The notes beneath the pieces are model-generated. The model was not told the DNA's origin and made no database searches. It saw only the letters and a program-made list of their open reading frames with translations. Below are positions 57,792 to 64,000 of a DNA stretch of 64,000 nt, piece after piece (the first letter of the stretch is position 1; each line of letters opens with the position of its first letter). Source of the stretch: a virus. Its lineage: Duplodnaviria > Heunggongvirae > Uroviricota > Caudoviricetes. The stretch covers positions 15,804 to 79,803 of the IMG/VR virus record IMGVR_UViG_3300012075_000001; one strand, 5' to 3'. Both the position numbers and the translations under genes were made by a program.

Positions 57792-58187
57792 ATGACCCTA
57801 GATGAAAACGAAGCCCTCATCATCGGTTACGATTATGAGGCAGGAGCGGAAACAGATACGGATATCGATTCGCTCCTTGGACATGACACAATGCTTTTTG
57901 AAGGAAAGCCGATTCGATGCGATGACACTGGATGTTTTGAGGCCCCTAAATATTCTGAAGACATAGAATTAACAAAGCTTGAATTAGAAAAATTAGAATT
58001 AGACCCTCTTATTGTTCCTGTTGTTCCGTATAGCGCTAAAAAGACCCGTAAGCCTGCCAAAGATGTAGATCATAAGTTCGCTGCAATGTTTGAGTTTGGC
58101 GGTGAACAATGCATTACCAGACCGTGTGAAAGCGAAAATGAAGCCCTAGCTTGCGTCTTATGGTATGCACTTTCATATTTTTATTAA
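57792..58187 (+). CDS. hypothetical acidic protein
   Basis: ORF only. Confidence 0.4.
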   Translation: MTLDENEALIIGYDYEAGAETDTDIDSLLGHDTMLFEGKPIRCDDTGCFEAPKYSEDIELTKLELEKLELDPLIVPVVPYSAKKTRKPAKDVDHKFAAMFEFGGEQCITRPCESENEALACVLWYALSYFY

Positions 58188-58195
58188 CCAAAAGT

Positions 58196-58222
58196 TCAGT
58201 CAGTACTGATTGACATAGATTA
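58196..58222 (+). promoter_or_regulatory. palindromic motif variant (AGTCAGTACTGATTGAC)
   Basis: Upstream of the terminase small subunit candidate. Confidence 0.4.
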
Positions 58223-58305
58223 ATTTTAAAAGTATCCTCAGCCAAACGACGGGGTGTTTCAGACAGGAAGTAGGAGCCACCCCTTTTCAACTTCTTGGAA
58301 AGCGA

Positions 58306-58896
58306 ATGACTAACCAACGCAAGTCCGTCCCTTTGAAGAAGTGGGCGGAGGCAGAAGCCCTGTGGGCGAATGGTGATGCTACTCGCAAGGAAATTGCAAA
58401 GAAGTTGGGCGTATCGGAGTCTGCCGTTCAACAACACATGGCGAAAGCAGGCGTTAAGTATCGACAAAATGCAGATCAGCATAGGGCAAAGATTGCCGAT
58501 GCAGTTCAGCAAGCCGCAACGGAAGAGGCATCGATACACGCTCAGCGAATCCGTGAGACGAAGAACGAGCATTACGCAATATCTCAAAATATTGCAAAGC
58601 TGGTTTGGCAGGAAGTTCTTACAGCAAAGAAGAATGGACAGCCGCTTGCAACCGCAGCTCCAAACCTTAAAGCGTTAGATATTGCTATCTCAGCGCTTGC
58701 CAAAGCCCGCATGGAACGATGGGCTGTATTGGGTCTTGACCGACCGGATGCCGTAGATACTAACGAGCTTGCTACGTTAGAGATCAACGAGCTGACGGCT
58801 GGCGAAATTGAAGAGTTACGTGAACGTAATTTCAATGATTTCGAAATGGAAGAGACGGAACCAGTACAGGAGACAGTGGAAGTTAAAACAAGTTAG
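58306..58896 (+). CDS. terminase small subunit candidate (HTH)
   Basis: N-terminal HTH (TRKEIAKKLGVSESAVQQH). Sits immediately upstream of the large terminase. Confidence 0.45.
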   Translation: MTNQRKSVPLKKWAEAEALWANGDATRKEIAKKLGVSESAVQQHMAKAGVKYRQNADQHRAKIADAVQQAATEEASIHAQRIRETKNEHYAISQNIAKLVWQEVLTAKKNGQPLATAAPNLKALDIAISALAKARMERWAVLGLDRPDAVDTNELATLEINELTAGEIEELRERNFNDFEMEETEPVQETVEVKTS

Positions 58897-58898
58897 CG

Positions 58899-60143
58899 AT
58901 GGGAATCAAAGAAAAACTCAGCCTACATCCTAAACAGATGGAGGTTTACCAGTCTAAAGCGCGTTTCCGCGTGGTTGTTGCTGGGCGCCGTTGGGGTAAG
59001 AGTCAACTTTCTAAGATTTTGATGATTTCCAAAGCGCGCGTTCCAAAGCAAAAGGTATGGTACGTTGCACCAACGTACAAAATGGCTAAGCAGATCATGT
59101 GGAATGATTTGCTTGACGCTATACCTAAATCATGGATCGCCAAAGTCAACGAGTCAAACCTTTCAATTCGATTGGTAAATAAATCACGAATTGAACTGAA
59201 AGGTGCGGACAAGGCCGATTCCCTTCGTGGTGTCGGTATCAACTTTCTCGTTCTCGATGAGTTTCAGGACATGGACGAAGACACTTGGACTAAAGTGTTG
59301 CGTCCTACGCTGGCAGATACAGGTGGTCACGCCATCTTCATCGGTACGCCTAAAGCCTACAACTGTCTTTACACCGTTTATAAATTAGGGCAAGACCCTA
59401 AGAAAATTAAAACGGGCCAATGGCAGTCGTGGCAGTTTCCAACGATTACATCCCCATTCATCCCATTATCTGAATTAGCTGCCGCTAAAGCAGATATGGA
59501 TGAAAAATCCTTCAAACAGGAGTTTTTAGCGTCATTCGAAACCATGAGTGGTCGTGTCTACTATCCATTTGACCGAAATCTGCATGTGGGGAATTACGAA
59601 ATCAATCCTCACTTGCCAATTTGGGTAGGTATGGACTTCAACATTGACCCAATGAGCGCCGTTTTGTTTCAACCTCAAGAGAACGGCGAACTTTGGGCAG
59701 TTGATGAAGTTGTTCTGTTTGGCTCTAACACCGAAGAAATGTGTCAGGCGCTGGATGAAAAACTATGGAGACACAGATCGCAAATCGTTGTTTACCCCGA
59801 CCCAGCAGGCGGACAAAGGCAGCATGCGCGAGGCGAGACAGACTTGGACATCCTAAGAGAAATGGGTTTCAAGCACATCAAGTACCGCAAAAAGCATCCA
59901 ATGATTGCAGATAGGGTCAACTCGGTGAATCGATTACTAATGGCGGCAGATGGCTCAATTCGATTGAAAATCGATGAGAAGTGCAAACATCTTATCAACT
60001 CCTTCGAACAGACCATTTACAAGCCGGGTTCGCGCGATGTCGACAAGGCAGCTGGCGTTGAACATAGTGCCGATGCAGCAGGGTACGCAATCGAACTTGA
60101 GTTTCCATTACGCAAAATTGAGTTTGGCGGTATTTCAATTTAA
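58899..60143 (+). CDS. terminase large subunit candidate
   Basis: Walker A AGRRWGKS, Walker B LVLDEFQD, C-terminal acidic nuclease-like region. Confidence 0.5.
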   Translation: MGIKEKLSLHPKQMEVYQSKARFRVVVAGRRWGKSQLSKILMISKARVPKQKVWYVAPTYKMAKQIMWNDLLDAIPKSWIAKVNESNLSIRLVNKSRIELKGADKADSLRGVGINFLVLDEFQDMDEDTWTKVLRPTLADTGGHAIFIGTPKAYNCLYTVYKLGQDPKKIKTGQWQSWQFPTITSPFIPLSELAAAKADMDEKSFKQEFLASFETMSGRVYYPFDRNLHVGNYEINPHLPIWVGMDFNIDPMSAVLFQPQENGELWAVDEVVLFGSNTEEMCQALDEKLWRHRSQIVVYPDPAGGQRQHARGETDLDILREMGFKHIKYRKKHPMIADRVNSVNRLLMAADGSIRLKIDEKCKHLINSFEQTIYKPGSRDVDKAAGVEHSADAAGYAIELEFPLRKIEFGGISI

Positions 60144-60150
60144 GTTACAC

Positions 60151-60172
60151 ATCAGTCATTACTGACTGATAA
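60151..60172 (+). promoter_or_regulatory. palindromic motif variant (AGTCATTACTGACT)
   Basis: Between terminase and portal candidates, 15 nt before SD AGAGGAAAGG. Confidence 0.4.
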
Positions 60173-60182
60173 AGAGGAAAGG

Positions 60183-61886
60183 ATGAATCTTAAACACGGA
60201 GAAACGGCAGTAATTGATTTGCAGGCTCAGGAAGCCAAGCAAAGCACAGCTTCCGTTGCTGGTGACCAAGCGCGTTTTCGTACTTTGATCGAGAGACGGC
60301 ATCCTAAGTACAAAGCCTTATTGTGTCACTGGAACTTCATGGAGGAGACATATAACGGCGGTCGTAAGTGGTTTGATTCGAACATTTTCCGTTACATCAA
60401 AGAGGGTGACAAAGAGTTTAACAATCGCATTGCGCGAGCTTATCGCTTCAATCATACGCGTGAAGTTGTTGACTTGATCAACAAGTACCTGTTCAAACAG
60501 GCTATCACTCGCAATGAAGTCGATGCGCCTGCGTGTGTATTGGATTTCTGGAAGTCTGCAACCAAAGGCAACTTAACGATCAATGATTTTGTTCGTCAAG
60601 TAAGTAAAAAAACTTCTTTGTTTGGCCGAGTGGCCATTGTTGTTGATAAGACAGACGCCGAGAAAGAGATTGTGACACGTCAAGATGAGATTGAAGCCAA
60701 TCTTCATACTTACGGTTACATCGTCGAACCTCAGCGAATCCTAGACTACTCATACGATGAAAACGGTGAGTTAAATTGGATCTTAATTCATGAAATCGGG
60801 CGAGATGATGAAGACCCTTTCTTATCCTCTGGAAAACAAGTCAATCGATACAGACTGTGGACCAAGAACAATTGGCTACTGTTAGAGGTAAAAGAAGGCA
60901 AAGGCAAAAAGAATTACGAAGTTACTGAAGTTCAACGTGGTGAACACGCACTCGGAGAGGTTCCGGTAATCTTAGCGGACAACATTATTGGTGATGATCA
61001 ATATTCTGCGCCAGCACTTATTGATGACATCGCTTATCTTGACCGCGCAACTGCCAATTACCTTTCGAACTTGGATGCCATCATTCAAGACCAAACCTTC
61101 AGCCAATTGGCGATGCCAGCGCAAAACCTGATGCCTGGTGAAGAGCAATACGACAAGCTTTTGGAAATGGGCACCAAGCGGGTGTTCCTATATGACGGTG
61201 AGAATGGCACAAGCCCGTTCTACTTGTCACCAGACGTAAAGCAAGCCGATCTATTGATGACCACAATCAACAAGATCATTGGAGAGATTTACCACACTGT
61301 CGGTTTAGCAGGAGAGCGCACAAAACAGGACAATGCGGTAGGTATCGACAATAGCTCAGGCGTAGCAAAAGCCTATGACTTTGAGCGCGTAAATGCATTG
61401 CTTACAGCGAAAGCTGATTCACTAGAAACCATCGAAAATAAGATCGTTCGACTCGTTGCCAAATGGAATGGCGTCAAAATCGACGATAAAGATTCATACG
61501 TTTCTTACCCGGATAACTTTGATACACGCGGCTTGTATGACGAATTTGATATCTCTGCACGTCTCATGTTGATTGAAGCACCAGAAACGGTAAGACGTAC
61601 CCAAATGGAAGCTGTGATCAACAAACTATTCCCTCAGTTAGCCAAAGAGCTTCGCAAGAAGATGATTGATGAATTGAAGGACTGGCCAATTGACCCGCTT
61701 GAACTAGCGGCTCAAATCACAGACGGAAACAGCACAGGTCAACTCAAGAATCGCACAAGCATTAAAAAGAATGCTGACGACGCAAAAGACACGACCGAAG
61801 CTAAAGCAAAAAATCCTCAAGGAAACACAGCAGCCAAAGCGACCAAAAACAACCGCCAAGGCCAAGTGACCAAACAAACAAAGTAA
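60183..61886 (+). CDS. portal protein candidate
   Basis: Size and position after the terminase. Confidence 0.4.
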   Translation: MNLKHGETAVIDLQAQEAKQSTASVAGDQARFRTLIERRHPKYKALLCHWNFMEETYNGGRKWFDSNIFRYIKEGDKEFNNRIARAYRFNHTREVVDLINKYLFKQAITRNEVDAPACVLDFWKSATKGNLTINDFVRQVSKKTSLFGRVAIVVDKTDAEKEIVTRQDEIEANLHTYGYIVEPQRILDYSYDENGELNWILIHEIGRDDEDPFLSSGKQVNRYRLWTKNNWLLLEVKEGKGKKNYEVTEVQRGEHALGEVPVILADNIIGDDQYSAPALIDDIAYLDRATANYLSNLDAIIQDQTFSQLAMPAQNLMPGEEQYDKLLEMGTKRVFLYDGENGTSPFYLSPDVKQADLLMTTINKIIGEIYHTVGLAGERTKQDNAVGIDNSSGVAKAYDFERVNALLTAKADSLETIENKIVRLVAKWNGVKIDDKDSYVSYPDNFDTRGLYDEFDISARLMLIEAPETVRRTQMEAVINKLFPQLAKELRKKMIDELKDWPIDPLELAAQITDGNSTGQLKNRTSIKKNADDAKDTTEAKAKNPQGNTAAKATKNNRQGQVTKQTK

Positions 61887-61935
61887 CAGTCAAGGGAACG
61901 ACTGTAGCTAAGAGACTAGCACAAGGAAGATCGAT

Positions 61936-62790
61936 ATGCCTTTATGGATGCAACTTTTAATGAATGGCGGCTTACTTCAACAAGAAGCCGATGGTGAAGG
62001 TTCTGATTTAGGAGCTGGCGCGGGCGCAGAAGGTGGCGCAGCACAAGACCCTAAAGGCGAGCCAACTAAAGAAACTGACGAGCCAAAAAAAGAAGATGGC
62101 GACAACAAGCCAACTGATAAAGAAGCTGAATTACTTAAAGAAGTAATGAAGAAAAAAGCTGAAGCACAACGGGCGAAGCAGGAGCTTGAAGACCTAAAGG
62201 CTAAATATATCGACATCGATCCTGAAGCTGCTCGCAAGGCACTTGAAGAGAAGAAAGAACAGGAAACGAAACAGCTTGAAGCGAAGGGTGATTTTGAGCG
62301 CTTAAAAGCTCGCATGGCCGAAGAGCATGCGAAAGAAGTGACCGCTTTGAAAACACGCATTGCCGAGCTGGAAAGTGCCGACTCTAGTAAATCTCAAACG
62401 ATCAACGACCTAACGGTCGGAACACAGTTCACTCAGTCGCAATACATCAAAGAAGACCTACTTTATACGCCAACTAAGTTGCGTGCGTTATATGGCAGTC
62501 ACTTTGAAATTGAAGATGGCAAAGTTGTTGGTTACGACAAACCTCGCGGTTCGGCTGAGCGTACCAAAATTGTAGACAGCCAAGGTAACGCCGTTGGTTT
62601 TGATAAAGCGCTTGAAAAGATCATTTCGCTAGATCCAGATGCGAATTACATGATCAAAGCTAAGTCTAAACCCGGAGCTGGTTCACAGCCAAACCCTAAA
62701 CAGGGTGCCCAAAAGCCAAATGAGAAAGTAACTTCTCAAGCCAAAATCTCAAATGGTTTAACACAGTTGTTTGCTGGCCAAGGTCAGTAA
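61936..62790 (+). CDS. scaffold protein candidate
   Basis: E/K-rich coiled coil between portal and capsid candidates. Confidence 0.35.
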   Translation: MPLWMQLLMNGGLLQQEADGEGSDLGAGAGAEGGAAQDPKGEPTKETDEPKKEDGDNKPTDKEAELLKEVMKKKAEAQRAKQELEDLKAKYIDIDPEAARKALEEKKEQETKQLEAKGDFERLKARMAEEHAKEVTALKTRIAELESADSSKSQTINDLTVGTQFTQSQYIKEDLLYTPTKLRALYGSHFEIEDGKVVGYDKPRGSAERTKIVDSQGNAVGFDKALEKIISLDPDANYMIKAKSKPGAGSQPNPKQGAQKPNEKVTSQAKISNGLTQLFAGQGQ

Positions 62791-62841
62791 GTCCAAATAG
62801 CACGCTCGACCCCTTATAGTTCGGGCGTTTCAGTAAAAATA

Positions 62842-62862
62842 ATCAGTCATTACTGATTGATC
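62842..62862 (+). promoter_or_regulatory. palindromic motif variant (AGTCATTACTGATT)
   Basis: Between scaffold and capsid candidates. Confidence 0.4.
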
Positions 62863-62962
62863 TTTTGGATCCATTGTAGTAGGATTCTCGATCAATCGGT
62901 GGCTAGAGAGAGTTAGTAAATCCGACAATCTCAATGAGCAAATTAACTAATGGAGTAGTTAA

Positions 62963-63865
62963 ATGCCACTATTACGCGAAGAAGCTGCGAAGCTTAGTAA
63001 TAACGAACTCGTCTCAGGCGTGGTCGAAGAAATCATCGACAAGGATGAAATGTTTGCGTTTCTTCCATTTATCGGCGTAAAAGGGAAAGCTTACGTCTAT
63101 AACCGTGAAAAAACGTTAGCTGACGCTGATTTCTTGGATCCAAACGAAGAAATCAAAGAATCTGCATCAACGTTCGACGAAGTTACTGCCAAGTTACGTA
63201 TTTTGGCTGGTGACGTCGACATCGACAAATTCCTTGATTCAACAATGGATGACACTAATAACCAAATGGCGATCCAAGTGACGCAAAAGGCGAAAGGTGT
63301 TGGCCGTAAATTCCACAAAACTTTAGCAACTGGTGATGCCTCTGTTAACCCGAAAGAGTTTGACGGTATCGCAAAACTTGTAACTGAAGAGCAAACTATT
63401 GTCGCTGGTGACAATGGTAGTGGTATCACTTTAGCGTTGTTAGACGAATTACTTGATAAGGTTCCTCATGGTGCCGACTGTTTAGTGATGCGTCGTGGTA
63501 CGATTCGTGCGTACCGTAACTTGCTCCGTGTGACATCGGGCACTGACGCTGTAATGCAGATGATCGAAAACTTTGGTCGTCCAATGTTGACGCACAACGG
63601 TGTGCCAATTGTGATGAACGAATTTTTGCCAGCTGACGAAGTGGTGGGCACGAACCAAAAAACGTGTTCTATTTACGCAATCCGTGCAAACGAAGTAGAT
63701 GGCTTACATGGTATCTACGGCGGTGGCCCTGCTGGTATCGTTGTTGAAAACATCGGTACGGTACAAAATAAAGACGCAACACGCATCCGCTTAAAGTGGT
63801 ATGTTGGTTTAGTCTTGAAATCAACTAAGTCTTTGGCGCGTTTAAAAGGTATTACTAATACCTAA
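62963..63865 (+). CDS. major capsid protein candidate
   Basis: Gene order. Strong terminator follows. Confidence 0.35.
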   Translation: MPLLREEAAKLSNNELVSGVVEEIIDKDEMFAFLPFIGVKGKAYVYNREKTLADADFLDPNEEIKESASTFDEVTAKLRILAGDVDIDKFLDSTMDDTNNQMAIQVTQKAKGVGRKFHKTLATGDASVNPKEFDGIAKLVTEEQTIVAGDNGSGITLALLDELLDKVPHGADCLVMRRGTIRAYRNLLRVTSGTDAVMQMIENFGRPMLTHNGVPIVMNEFLPADEVVGTNQKTCSIYAIRANEVDGLHGIYGGGPAGIVVENIGTVQNKDATRIRLKWYVGLVLKSTKSLARLKGITNT

Positions 63866-63869
63866 TAAA

Positions 63870-63891
63870 TCAGTCACCACTGACTTACAAT
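63870..63891 (+). promoter_or_regulatory. palindromic motif variant (AGTCACCACTGACT) + TACAAT
   Basis: Just after the capsid-candidate stop, before a terminator. Confidence 0.4.
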
Positions 63892-63920
63892 AAAAGGGGC
63901 TTTTTAGTCCCTTTTTTGTT
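63892..63920 (+). terminator. rho-independent terminator after capsid candidate
   Basis: AAAAGGGGC-TTTTTAGT-CCCTTTTTTG. Confidence 0.55.
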
Positions 63921-64000
63921 GTGTTTCAATTGATGCTAGATCACCAATAACTTATCATTCAAAAATCTACAAAGACAAGGAAGTCAGATGAAATTACGAC

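Noticed and set aside
61977-62360. 127-aa minus-strand ORF (Ala/Ser-rich) inside scaffold candidate
   Set aside because: Antisense to the E/K-rich gene; its codons mirror GAA/AAG repeats. Artefact.
1-64000. CRISPR arrays, integrase/att sites, IS elements
   Set aside because: No regularly spaced direct repeats with unique spacers, and no tyrosine/serine recombinase or transposase motifs in any ORF. The 14-mer copies are irregularly spaced and intergenic, unlike a CRISPR array.

Overview
The window reads as a contiguous stretch of a large virulent dsDNA bacteriophage genome. It is almost entirely +-strand coding, with short minus-strand islands at 21780-22564 and 51013-53463. I saw no rRNA, tRNA or CRISPR. 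Recognisable modules, all inferred from motifs in the translated ORFs: (i) transcription: a sigma-70 region-2-like protein; (ii) replication and recombination: a Pol III alpha (DnaE) fused to a C-terminal degenerate family-4 UDG-like domain, a gp32-like Zn SSB, a FEN/5'-3' exonuclease, a RecA/UvsX-like recombinase, an Mre11/Rad50 (gp47/gp46-like) pair, a RuvC-like resolvase, a DnaQ-like proofreading exonuclease, a Toprim primase-like protein, an RNase H-like protein and a UvsW-like SF2 helicase; (iii) nucleotide metabolism: NrdA, NrdB, ThyX, dUTPase, a dNMP-kinase-like P-loop protein and a thioredoxin; (iv) a Doc-family toxin with an upstream partner on the minus strand; (v) two ParB/Srx-like proteins plus an ABC-type ATPase; (vi) the start of a morphogenesis block (small and large terminase, portal, scaffold and capsid candidates). 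Several non-genic signals stand out. A palindromic 14-mer AGTCA(G/C)TACTGACT, usually abutting a TATAmT -10-like hexamer, occurs about 18 times in intergenic positions, often followed by a hairpin. Four or five translationally coupled paralogous small genes share a C-terminal NPNWGAWS tail. A gene-free region of about 1.7 kb (46.0-47.75 kb) shows strand composition skew, repeats and nested palindromes. A roughly 70-nt leader element occurs three times, and a second palindromic operator is duplicated near 49.3 and 49.8 kb. All functional calls rest on motif recognition in the provided translations. No database search was possible, and a few internally re-derived starts may be off by 1 nt.
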